Positions 20,961 through 30,386 of a stretch of 64,000 nucleotides of DNA are shown here, piece after piece. The notes below the pieces were generated by a model. It made no database searches. It was not told the DNA's origin and saw only the letters and a program-made list of their open reading frames with translations. The stretch is from the NCBI GenBank assembly GCA_965198005.1, contig CBDAOI010000003.1:64001-128000 (forward strand). Reading direction: 5' to 3'. Every line of letters starts with the position of its first letter. Within the stretch, counting starts at the first letter, position 1. The stretch comes from Spirochaetia bacterium (GTDB lineage: Bacteria; Spirochaetota; Spirochaetia; SZUA-6; Bin103). Position numbers and translations under genes: made by a program.

Positions 20961-21324
20961 GACTGGTCAAGCAGCGCTATCTCTACGATCTCTACGTGAC
21001 GGTCCGATTCCAATTCGCTGCGACAGCATTTTTCGTGCAACGCGCGCGCCGAGCAGAACCCGGAGGAAGAATTCGGTCTGTGATGCGTCGGGTCGCTATT
21101 CACGCCAAGCGAACAAGACCTGCGCCGACTCCGATCGAGCAGCCGGGTGCTGCGCAACCGCTCGGCGGCCGGCTGCGGCACGGTCCGCCCCAGGATGGAG
21201 AGGCCGGGTCGCGAGAGAGAGAAAGCTGGCCGCTGGTCTCGGAGCGCACCAGCCAGTCACCGACCTCCGCCAGCGGTGCGGGGTCGGCAGTCGGTTCCAG
21301 CACGCCGGCCAGACGAGCGGCGGT

Positions 21325-21510
21325 ATCCGCTTCCTGCGCGGCTTCTATGGAGTGACATCACGCTGGATCCGGTGTATTCGTCGATCTGCGGGTACACGGA
21401 GAGGGATCTGGATGAGGTGGTCTTCCGGGAGCTGGCCGGTCTGGACCGGGAACAGGTGCCGGACCGGTACAACGGCTACTGCTGGCGGGGCGAGGAGAAG
21501 GTCTACAACC
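21325..21510 (+). pseudogene. AAA-ATPase-like / PD-(D/E)XK family fragment
   Basis: DITLDPVYSSICGYTERDL...YNGYCWRGEEKVYN. Confidence 0.7.
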
Positions 21511-21812
21511 GTCGGCCGCCCGGCGCCACGACCCGCTCGCGCAGCTCGCTCAACGTCACCTGCCACGGCTGCCCGTCGCCGAACCGGAATCGGCAAGCAC
21601 GTCGATGTCCGGGGAATCGCACAGAGCCCCGTCAGCCGTGACCAGCGTCTGACCGAGTGCCGGCCTGCTGACGACTCTCTCCAGCCTGGGACGCGGGGTC
21701 CCCAAATCCGGCAGCGCGGCGCAATGGCGGCCGTCCGCGGCGCACAAGCTTCCGTCCCACGTCTGGTTGTGGTATACTCTATGCGGGACGTGGGAACGTC
21801 GCGGACGAAGGA

Positions 21813-22637
21813 ATGGGCAAGTACGTGCCACACACGGAGACACACTCGATCCAGGAAGCGACAATCGCGGTTCACTTTCAGGGAGAGCTTGAGCCGGGAC
21901 AAATAGAGCTGACGAGGGGCCGAGTGCAAGCACACCTGGACGACCACTTCGGCCGATCACAACAGATTCGCGGTGGCAATATCGATATCGACATGACCAA
22001 TCCCGAACGCCCGAAACCTGCATCCGGGGTGGTTAATGTCGTGGGTTTCGAGTTCTCACGACCAGATGCAAGCGGCACACCAGATCGCATCCTTAGATTC
22101 TCGAATAAGACGCTTCTGGCGAGTTTCAAGAACTACACAGGCTGGGACTCAGTCTTAGAAGATAGCTTGACATATATCAAGGCGGTACTATCGTCCATGC
22201 CGCTCATGGACTGCCCGGTTGGTGCATTCGGCCTGAGATATGTTGACCGGTACTCATACGAAGGACCAGCTAGCGATGCTCACGCCGCTCTGTTGTTTGA
22301 GAAAGACGGGCCTTACATCACCGCGCAGTGCTTCAATGCAGGTCCCTTGTGGCACTGCCATTCTGGTTGGTTTGAGGACTTGACCGCTGAAGAACGCATC
22401 CTTAATCAGCTTAACGTCGGAAGCAACGTGATTGACGGCATTTCCACCGTCACCATTGATCACAATGCCGTATGGATGTTGAAATCCATCCGTCATTCTA
22501 TCGAAACACTCCTGTCATCGGCGAATGGGAGCACTGGATTGCAAGATGCGCTGATCCGGCTCCACGCCAACAACAAAGAGATCCTCAAAGCGATGCTTCG
22601 CCGTGGAATGCTCGATACAATAGGAATGGCACAATGA
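21813..22637 (+). CDS. TIGR04255-like family protein
   Basis: HSIQEATIAVHF start, NYTGW, FGLRYVDRY and TIDH pattern; length 274 aa. Confidence 0.75.
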   Translation: MGKYVPHTETHSIQEATIAVHFQGELEPGQIELTRGRVQAHLDDHFGRSQQIRGGNIDIDMTNPERPKPASGVVNVVGFEFSRPDASGTPDRILRFSNKTLLASFKNYTGWDSVLEDSLTYIKAVLSSMPLMDCPVGAFGLRYVDRYSYEGPASDAHAALLFEKDGPYITAQCFNAGPLWHCHSGWFEDLTAEERILNQLNVGSNVIDGISTVTIDHNAVWMLKSIRHSIETLLSSANGSTGLQDALIRLHANNKEILKAMLRRGMLDTIGMAQ

Positions 22638-23161
22638 ACCAGCTCGCTACTACCACGAACGATGGACGCTTCGAGCGCCGCAGTCGTGACATCGCTGTGG
22701 CACTAGCGGTATATCGACTGCTTGAAACGACGTTATGGAAAGACTTCGACGGTCTTTCAGATGCTCAGACCGCACGTATCGAATCGCAGTTGTCCGACAT
22801 CCCCTGGTTTCCGTCTTCAACGGAACAAATGCTTGAGCGGTTGGATTCGCTTCGTCAGACGCCGTTCGATGAACGCTGGCCAAATACGGTGTGGCCGAGT
22901 GACGAGACTTTCGATGCAGCCCAGACTTTCATTGAGGGCTTGCCGTCGCGGATGTCGTGCATACCAGACATTGGCTTGGCTGACGACGGCGAGGTCAATT
23001 TCTTGTGGAAGAGTGACACTCTACATGTTGACCTTGGGTTCCACGAAGCGGGATCGTACTCGTTCTTTGCCCGCGACCGGGGCGGAAACGAGTTTCTGAA
23101 AGATGACTTGCCCTCTGAGCGAGGACTTCCACCCGAAATCACCGAGTTGCTTACGACTTGA
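22634..23161 (+). CDS. Hypothetical protein, putative antitoxin
   Basis: ATGA overlap; WPSDETFDAA...PDIGLADDGEVNFLW. Confidence 0.7.
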   Translation: MNQLATTTNDGRFERRSRDIAVALAVYRLLETTLWKDFDGLSDAQTARIESQLSDIPWFPSSTEQMLERLDSLRQTPFDERWPNTVWPSDETFDAAQTFIEGLPSRMSCIPDIGLADDGEVNFLWKSDTLHVDLGFHEAGSYSFFARDRGGNEFLKDDLPSERGLPPEITELLTT

Positions 23162-23697
23162 TTGCACCCTTGACCGGTTTCTCGCATCGCAACGAAGGAG
23201 TTAGCGCCGCTCCGGGAATATCGCCGGGTGTTGTTTCAGACGGTGAGTCTCTACTCCGCGAGATGTTCAACCCGGAGCACGTCAGGAATGGAATAGTCAT
23301 CGAACGGGCGGTTTCGGTGGACGATCTCCGCTCTCGCGGATTCTCAGTTCACCGCATGAAGTATGTCGAGCCGGCATTCATCAAGGCATCAATCGCAGAG
23401 CGCCTCGCCAGGCCCCGCCAAGGGAGCACGTGGCGCGATGAGGGCTTGGCTAAGCTGGCAGCTCGAATCGTTCGTGCGCGTCGCGTGGAGGGCCGACAGG
23501 CGCTGGTCGTCATCGATACCGCCTCGAAAGACAACCGCGGACACGCGAGCATATTCGCGGCCGACCCTCGCGCCGGGCGCGCCCATGCACGCAGACTCCG
23601 GACGCTTCTGTTGCCGTTGTTGCAAGAGCGCATGTCGGTAGATGAGGCGTTTGCGGACATGACTAATGAGGATCGAGGGCACGATCCACGATCCTGA
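23158..23697 (+). CDS. Putative ADP-ribosyltransferase/RES-like toxin
   Basis: TTGA overlap; ESLLRE (R), GFSVHR (S) and DNRGHASI pattern. Confidence 0.6.
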   Translation: MIAPLTGFSHRNEGVSAAPGISPGVVSDGESLLREMFNPEHVRNGIVIERAVSVDDLRSRGFSVHRMKYVEPAFIKASIAERLARPRQGSTWRDEGLAKLAARIVRARRVEGRQALVVIDTASKDNRGHASIFAADPRAGRAHARRLRTLLLPLLQERMSVDEAFADMTNEDRGHDPRS

Positions 23698-23791
23698 GCG
23701 AGTTGGAGAAGGCACGACCGCTGGGCATACCGTGTATCCGGGACCGGGTAGCGCAGACGGTCCCCGAGGCGGGGCGGCGGCGTAGGGGGAA

Positions 23792-24784
23792 TTGAATTTG
23801 CGAATACAAGTCCCGCCCATCAAGTGTCAGGGCATAAAAACCAAGCTGGTACCGATTATTCTACGTGAGATCAAGCGTGATCCGGATGGGCTCTGGATAG
23901 AGCCGTTCCTTGGTTCCGGAGTGGTGGCCCTGAACGTCGCGCCAAAGCACGCATTGCTTGCTGACAGCAATCCGCACCTGATCCGGTTCTATCGGGCAAT
24001 CAAGGACGGTGAGGTGGATGGTCCTAGGACAAGGAGATTCCTTGAGTGCGAAGGACGGCACTTGGCGATTCGGGGACAGGATCACTACTACGATGTGCGA
24101 GATCGCTTCAACTCCGCTGGAGATCCGCTGGACTTCTTGTTCCTGAATCGCTCCTGCTTCAATGGACTTGTCCGATTCAATAAGCGAGGGGAATTCAATG
24201 TGCCATTCGGGCACAAGCCGAACAGGTTTGCACGAGCATACATTACAAAGATCGTCAATCAGATCGAGGCTTTCCGGATGGCGACCATCTTGTTCGATTG
24301 GCGTTTCGCATGCCAGGACTACCGTATCACGATCCAGGAAGCTGCCGAGAGCGATTTCGTGTACTGTGATCCTCCCTATATCGGGCGGCACGTAGACTAC
24401 TATGACAGTTGGGATGAAGCATCGGAGAAGTCACTGCATAGCGAATTGCAGAGTACCGGATCGCGCTTCATGCTATCTACGTGGCACAGCAACGAGCATC
24501 GAGAGAATGGGTACTTACAGACCCTCTGGAAGGGACTTGAGATTGTCACTCAGGAACACTTCTACCATGTCGGCGCTCAGGAAACGAACCGAAAGCCGAT
24601 GATCGAGGCGCTGGTGACAAACTACGTTGCCGTAGGTAGACGGGAGGAGTACCATAGATCGGAAGAGCAACTAATGCTCTTCGAACGGGCCGAGCGGTAT
24701 CTGGCTCGTGAAACCGGATCGGGCCCACAATTGCAAAGTGCCCAGGATCCGCAGGATCAGGGCGGCATTCGGCCTCAAGCCTGA
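23792..24784 (+). CDS. Dam-family N6-adenine DNA methyltransferase, M.EcoRV-like (full-length copy)
   Basis: VPPIKCQGIKTKLV, EPFLGSG, FLNRSCFNG, YCDPPYIGRHVDY and EHFYHVGA closely follow M.EcoRV motifs. Confidence 0.92.
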   Translation: MNLRIQVPPIKCQGIKTKLVPIILREIKRDPDGLWIEPFLGSGVVALNVAPKHALLADSNPHLIRFYRAIKDGEVDGPRTRRFLECEGRHLAIRGQDHYYDVRDRFNSAGDPLDFLFLNRSCFNGLVRFNKRGEFNVPFGHKPNRFARAYITKIVNQIEAFRMATILFDWRFACQDYRITIQEAAESDFVYCDPPYIGRHVDYYDSWDEASEKSLHSELQSTGSRFMLSTWHSNEHRENGYLQTLWKGLEIVTQEHFYHVGAQETNRKPMIEALVTNYVAVGRREEYHRSEEQLMLFERAERYLARETGSGPQLQSAQDPQDQGGIRPQA

Positions 24785-24914
24785 TTGTAGTATACTTACG
24801 CAGATGAGGATCGAAGGCTGGGAACGGCGCGGTGGAGCGGCAATTCGGCACCAGCACATTCAAGGGATACGTCGTCAGAAGGCTGGCGCTGTCGGTGATC
24901 ACCGTGGTGGTGTC

Positions 24915-25458
24915 CTGTTTCCTGCAACAGCCGGTTCACCGTCCGCTCGCTCACCGCATGACCTTGCGCCTGCAGTTCCGTCGCCAACCGCGCCTCGCTG
25001 CTGCAGGTCCCCGCAACGGTCCCATCGGATCCCCGCGGGTCACCGGATCCACCAACCGCTCCAAGGCCTGCTCCAAACTCGGGTCGTGCGCCGTCAACCG
25101 CTTGCGGCCCGCGCCAAGCCGCCGCACGCGCCCGGGGTCGTCCTCCGCGCCTGACGCTTCCTGCGCGGTGAGTTCTTGCACACCGGCGCGAATGGTAGTG
25201 CGCGACATCCCGGTGGCGGCCGCGAAGCACGCGCGACCCCGCCGCGCCCTATCCGCGTGCTTCGACGGCCGCCCAGCGGCGGCGTAAGCGTTCGTCGAAC
25301 AACGGATCAAGGGCAACGATGTCACCGACGATTGTCGTGCGGCCACGGATGCAGCCCAACCACCCGTCGTCTCGCGTAGCGGGCGGCGGCGGGACCATCT
25401 GCGCGGCGGGCTTACCGAATGGCGTGACCAGCACCTTGCGCCCCTTGCGGGTCGGCAT
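24915..25458 (-). pseudogene. ISAzo13 transposase N-terminal fragment fused to Phd-like fragment
   Basis: RVRRLGAGRKRL...DPVTRGDPM, LATELQAQGHAVSERTVNRLL. Confidence 0.75.
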
Positions 25459-25658
25459 GGTATCTTTGGAGCGTTCGGGAGGTCTGGGAGATGAGCCGGC
25501 GGGAGCCGACGCTGCAGGACGTGCTGGGCGCTGTAGAAGGGCTGCGGAGGGAATTCCGCGGCGAGATAGCGGGGTTGCGGTACGAGTCGGGGATAGGCAT
25601 AGACCTCAATCGCAGTTTCTGTGAATTACGCCGCTAACTCGCTACTAGGAGATATACC

Positions 25659-27336
25659 GTGCACTTGAGTCATCAACTCGTACGTTGGTCTGTCGAGAGT
25701 CTTCGAGAGAACTGTCATCCATTTGTCGGAATTACATTCTTGGCGAGTAAGCGGGCGAGTATTCCTATAGGGTCCACGAGAGAGTTAAGGCTCGACTCGG
25801 TAACGAGGCATCATTTGGAAGAGCATCATCGGTTGGACCCAAGTAGCGAGTTGTTTTTCCAGCCGTTCAAGAGCAATAGGGATTCCTTTTGGGTGGCGTC
25901 CAACTACCCGTCGTCGGGTTTGCACGCGATCAACAGGCAGACGTTTTCCCAGGCCTTCTTGCCTCGACTTCGGCGTAGTCGTAGTTGGGGATTCGCTTTG
26001 AACTACGTCGAGGCGATTGGAGAGCGTATTGCCGGATTGGGGGGATACAGGCCCGCGTCAATGGTTGCCTTGGCGGTGTGGCTGGGAAAGGAAGTGGAGT
26101 GGCCGGACGACGCGGATATTGATTCTGTCGTTGGTTGGTTTCGAAGGGAGTATCGCTTATCGGCGGAAGAGGTCGACGGCCTGTTCGACTCGTCTATCGC
26201 TCCGCCTACCGCCCGCATTGTGGAGGATATCGTCGATCTTAGGGCAGTCGCGTATGAGTTTGGTCTGCCTGCGGATGCGCCCGGTCTGATCGAGGGCACA
26301 ATTCGGTCTATTCGCCTTAGTGATGTGGGACCCGCTAGGGAGCTACGTCTCGACTTCGGACAGAGACTTACAATGATCGCCGGCGACAATGGTTTAGGGA
26401 AATCGTTCAGTCGCTGCTCTGAGTATCTACGCCCGTGTGGACGGCTCCCTCGCGGTCTCTGACGAGACGCGGGGGAAATTACAAGTCGGCACCGCGACAC
26501 ACTTGAGTTCGTTTACGGCCCGGGAGCTCTGGGACGGCAAACCTGGCGAGATAGAGGGTCTCGTTCGAGACTGGGTGACATGGCAGCTTTCGACCGACCG
26601 TAGCGCTTTCGATATGCTCTCTCGTCTGCTGCAACATCTATCACCCGAAGATCTTGGTTCGCTCGTCCCGCGTGACCCGGTCCGCATTCCTGGTGATCCT
26701 AGGCTCATTCCCACTCTTGGGCACGCTTACGGTGACGTTCCGGTTGTTTTCGCCTCCGCCAGCGTACAACGCATACTTCTTCTTGCATATTTGATCATAT
26801 GGTCATGGCGTGAACACGCTCTTGCATCGGAACAAGCTGGTGTGAGTCCTCGGCGCAAAATGGTCATAGTCGTGGATGAACTTGAGGCACATCTTCATCC
26901 AAAATGGCAACGCCTCGTACTACCCGCGCTCATGTCGATCGGCAAGGTGCTAAGCAAAGAAATCGAGATACAAATAATTGCCGCCACACATTCCCCGATG
27001 ATTCTCGCTTCGGTCGAGCATGAATTCTCTGATGACTCAGATTTGCTCGGGCATCTGTCCTTGAAAGACGGAGTAGTTATTCTCGAACGGCTCGATTACT
27101 ACAAATATGGCGACGTGTCAGCGTGGCTGACATCTCCCGTATTCGGGTTGTCACATGCTCGCTCACGGACTGCTGAAATCGCAATCGAGAAGGCCAAATC
27201 TCTGCAGCTCGCGGAGGCTCCCCCATCGGAGGAAGTTCGCAAAGTGACGTTGCATCTGAAGAAGCTATTGTCGCCGGACGACGCCTTTTGGTCGCGTTGG
27301 ATCTATTTCGCACGACAGCTTGGAGACCCAATTTGA
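25659..27336 (+). pseudogene. PtuA-like ATPase copy 2, 191-bp frameshifting deletion just after Walker A
   Basis: Lacks 7527-7717 of copy 1; junction at ~26407 on a TC microhomology. Confidence 0.93.
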
Positions 27337-27467
27337 TCCATGTACAAGAAATGCCAGAATATGCGGAGTTTGATGCTCAAGTAGACGGTCACTACCCATT
27401 TCTTTCTTCGGAGGTGAGGAGACAACAAGTGTATGATTCGTTGAAGCTGATATTCTCACGAGAATGA
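27333..27467 (+). pseudogene. PtuB-like HNH copy 2, 477-bp in-frame deletion
   Basis: Lacks 8693-9169 of copy 1; TA microhomology. Confidence 0.92.
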
Positions 27468-27777
27468 GGGATGACGACGATACGAGCGCACGATAGAGCG
27501 GCTGTCTGCCGACTTGGCCACATCCGCCGCGCCCAAGATGACCCGTGGCCCGTGGTGATTCACCTTCCACCCGGCGACGGCATCGGCCCGGCCATCGACT
27601 TCGAGCGCTTGCGGTACTGCCGACGCTGCAGGACGTGCTGGACGCGGTACAGAAGGGCTTACGGGAGGGCTGGGAGACGCGCCGGCTTGTTTGCCTGTCG
27701 AGAAGAACAGGTTGACCCGTGTGTCGACCGGTACCATCTATTTGCCTGACCAGAGATGGAGCGACTCTGACGATCGG

Positions 27778-28167
27778 ATGAGGATGGCCGAGGTCCCTTC
27801 TCACAGTCCACGCGCGATCGAGGCACCTCTGCTATCGGCAGCCGAGGCTGATCTACGGCAGGTCCAACAAGAGGCCCGCGAGGAAGGTTATCCGGTTCCG
27901 TCAGAGGAAGCCGTAGAGGAAGTGCATGGTTTGCTCGACAGGATGTACAAACTTAGTCCGCGTCGGTTTGAAGTATATCCAACACCGGATGGAGAAATCG
28001 CCCTCGACGCCTCGGGCGATGGAACCTCGGTCATCATTCTGCGCGAAGCTGTCGGCACTGCCTTGTGTTTGTTGAACCTCAGAGGCGAGCAACGCATGGA
28101 TCGGGTCGAATCTGTCAATAATCTGCCCAACGGATTTGTCCGTACCGCACTGGACGAACTCGAGTAA
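27778..28167 (+). CDS. Hypothetical protein, putative antitoxin (start uncertain)
   Basis: YPVPSEEAVEE...EVYPTPDGEIALD. Confidence 0.6.
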   Translation: MRMAEVPSHSPRAIEAPLLSAAEADLRQVQQEAREEGYPVPSEEAVEEVHGLLDRMYKLSPRRFEVYPTPDGEIALDASGDGTSVIILREAVGTALCLLNLRGEQRMDRVESVNNLPNGFVRTALDELE

Positions 28168-28173
28168 CTCAAA

Positions 28174-28440
28174 GTGATCCGCGATGAAGAGCATCTTGGA
28201 CGTGAGGTATTCTCGAGTAAACAATCCGAACGTGCGGCTCGGGGTAGGACGCCGATGCATGTTTTCCTTTGAGAGGGAAAGAGAACCGAGGGTATCGGTT
28301 GACCGTATCGACGACGCTCCTCACGACAAGCTGGTGGCAATCGCTGATCGAATTGCAAGAAACCGACAGCGAACTTTCTACGGTTGGGCGGTCGTCGAGG
28401 TCAGAATGATCCATTAGCTTGCGCCCCGCTCCCGGACGCG
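28174..28440 (+). pseudogene. ART-like toxin, frameshifted/truncated
   Basis: IRDEEHLGREVFS...VFL / EREREPRVSVDR...FYGWAVV with a frameshift at ~28270. Confidence 0.55.
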
Positions 28441-28723
28441 TACAACGCAGGTGATCCTCGGTGTCACCGAGACCATGTCCGTCCGGAACGGGCCGTGGCG
28501 CGCTGGTCCATGATCGCCGCCGGCGTCGGGCCTGCCATTCCGGCCCGGCTGGAACGCAAGCGCCGCCTGTCGCCACCCGTACGAGGGGGCTGCCGGCGGG
28601 GTCCCGGCGCGCGTCAAGCGCGGTAGGCCGGATGGCCAGCGTCGGCCAGCGTCGGCCGGCCCCGACTGGACGCGACGCGACTGTGGGGCTACCTTGTTGG
28701 CCGGGGGTTGGGGGAGCTTATCC

Positions 28724-29401
28724 ATGCGGGCAAGCCGGGAAACGGTACCATCACTTGGTGACGATGATCTGGTCGATCTGCTCGGCAGGCGCCTGCCCGC
28801 CCTGCTCGAACGTCGCCCGGATCTTGAGCCGACGCTGTTCCGAGCGTTTCTGAAGACCTTCGCACGCCGCGAAGAGGTGGCCCTGGTGCTGGCCGAGTTG
28901 CGGGCGTTGCGTGCCGAGATGGACCGGCGCTTTGACCAAGTGGACCGGCGCTTCGAGCAAATGGACGAACGCTTTGACCAAGTGGACCGGCGCTTCGAGC
29001 AGATGGACCAAGGCTTCGTCGAGGTTAAGCGCTCGATCGACCGGCTGGGGTCGCGTTGGGGCATCCGCAACGAAAGCCTGTTTCGACAGACCATCGCCTC
29101 TATCCTGGAGCAGTCGTTCGGCGTCAGCGTCGAGCAGCGCGCCATCGGCGGCGAACAGTTCGATGTCCTGATCCATGATCATCAACACATTCTCGTCGAG
29201 ATCGCCGCCAGCGTCGGGCCCACGATTCTGGCCCGGCTGGAACGCAAGCGCCGCCTGTACGAGGAGGCTGCCGGCGTGGTCCCGGCGCGCGTCATCCTGG
29301 CCACCGCGTCGATCCACAGCCGCCGCGCTCAGCAACTGCGGCAGGCCGGCATCGAGGTCATCGAACCGGAAGAAACCGATCCCACCGCGGAGCCAGCGTA
29401 G
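28724..29401 (+). CDS. DUF3782-like coiled-coil protein, copy 3, 4 heptads
   Basis: As copies 1 and 2; ends AEPA. Confidence 0.85.
   Translation: MRASRETVPSLGDDDLVDLLGRRLPALLERRPDLEPTLFRAFLKTFARREEVALVLAELRALRAEMDRRFDQVDRRFEQMDERFDQVDRRFEQMDQGFVEVKRSIDRLGSRWGIRNESLFRQTIASILEQSFGVSVEQRAIGGEQFDVLIHDHQHILVEIAASVGPTILARLERKRRLYEEAAGVVPARVILATASIHSRRAQQLRQAGIEVIEPEETDPTAEPA
28919..29002 (+). repeat. 21-bp tandem repeat x4
   Basis: MDRRFDQ VDRRFEQ MDERFDQ VDRRFEQ. Confidence 0.93.
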
Positions 29402-29422
29402 CGGACAGGGCGTTACGTAGGC

Positions 29423-29869
29423 ATGGTGCACTCATTCCCCCGTCTTTCTGGAAGCAGCCATCGAATAACCAGTCCGCCGGATGGGGCGTATAACTGCATA
29501 GCGTGGGCCGCAGCGGAACAGCATCGTTGGTGGGCTCCTCAAGGCACTCCTGACGACAATAACCGTTATTGGCCATCAGGAGTATCTCGTGGCTTGCAAC
29601 CGCGTTGCCTCGTAGAAGCATATCAGACCATTGGTTACAGAACCTGCGTCGCCGACTCACTAGAGCCTGGGTTCGAAAAAATAGCTTTGTACTCTCTCCG
29701 GGGCAACTGGACTCACGCAACTCGACAATTACCGAGCGGTCTGTGGACCAGTAAGCTCGGAAGACATGTGGACATAGAGCACGAACACCCCGACGATCTT
29801 GCCGGCATTATCTATGGTTCCGTATTCTGCTATATGAAGCGGTCTATGGGACGCGACAATTACAGATAA
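29423..29869 (+). CDS. Conserved hypothetical protein with Cys/His motif (YNCIAWA...THATRQ...WTSKLG)
   Basis: Intact lower-GC ORF with a recognisable family pattern. Confidence 0.75.
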   Translation: MVHSFPRLSGSSHRITSPPDGAYNCIAWAAAEQHRWWAPQGTPDDNNRYWPSGVSRGLQPRCLVEAYQTIGYRTCVADSLEPGFEKIALYSLRGNWTHATRQLPSGLWTSKLGRHVDIEHEHPDDLAGIIYGSVFCYMKRSMGRDNYR

Positions 29870-30354
29870 CCGTTACGCTCACCCCAGCGCACCCATGCGG
29901 TGCTCAGCTTGCGAACTTGACCAGCTTCCTCTGGAGATACGGCTGGATTCTCTCCAGTTATTTCGCTAAGTGCAACGCACCAACCATAATCCGGACGTTG
30001 CTGCAAGATTTCAAGAATGAAGGTGACAACCGACTCGCCCATATCTACAATTTCGGAATAGACCGGACGTCCGAAGATTTGCCAGTCCGCAGAATACAAG
30101 CGCGTTTCTTCTTCCCATTGCCGGGCAAGTTCAAGAAACTGCTCTCTACGAGACGGAAAAACGATAAGAAACTGGCTCGGCGTAGCATCCGACCAGAAAC
30201 ACGTCCCGACCGTCGACCTCCACGCAAGATCGAGCTCCTGGTCTGGATCTCTCCAGAATCGGTGTGGTAGAGAAGTTACATCAGGGAGCACCGAAAGGGA
30301 TTGTCGTGCGAGGGTATCTTGCTGCACCGAGCCCGACCATGAATTTACCCTCAT
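29860..30354 (-). CDS. Conserved hypothetical helical protein, probable partner of 29423
   Basis: FLELARQWEEET...YSEIVDMGE...ALSEITGENP...WVRWG. Confidence 0.7.
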   Translation of the reverse strand: MRVNSWSGSVQQDTLARQSLSVLPDVTSLPHRFWRDPDQELDLAWRSTVGTCFWSDATPSQFLIVFPSRREQFLELARQWEEETRLYSADWQIFGRPVYSEIVDMGESVVTFILEILQQRPDYGWCVALSEITGENPAVSPEEAGQVRKLSTAWVRWGERNGYL

Positions 30355-30386
30355 ATCATGTTACTCCTCTCGCAAAGGAATCCGAT

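Noticed and set aside
15175-29401. Diversity-generating retroelement template/variable repeats
   Set aside because: No reverse transcriptase; the differences are repeat-unit counts, not adenine-specific changes.
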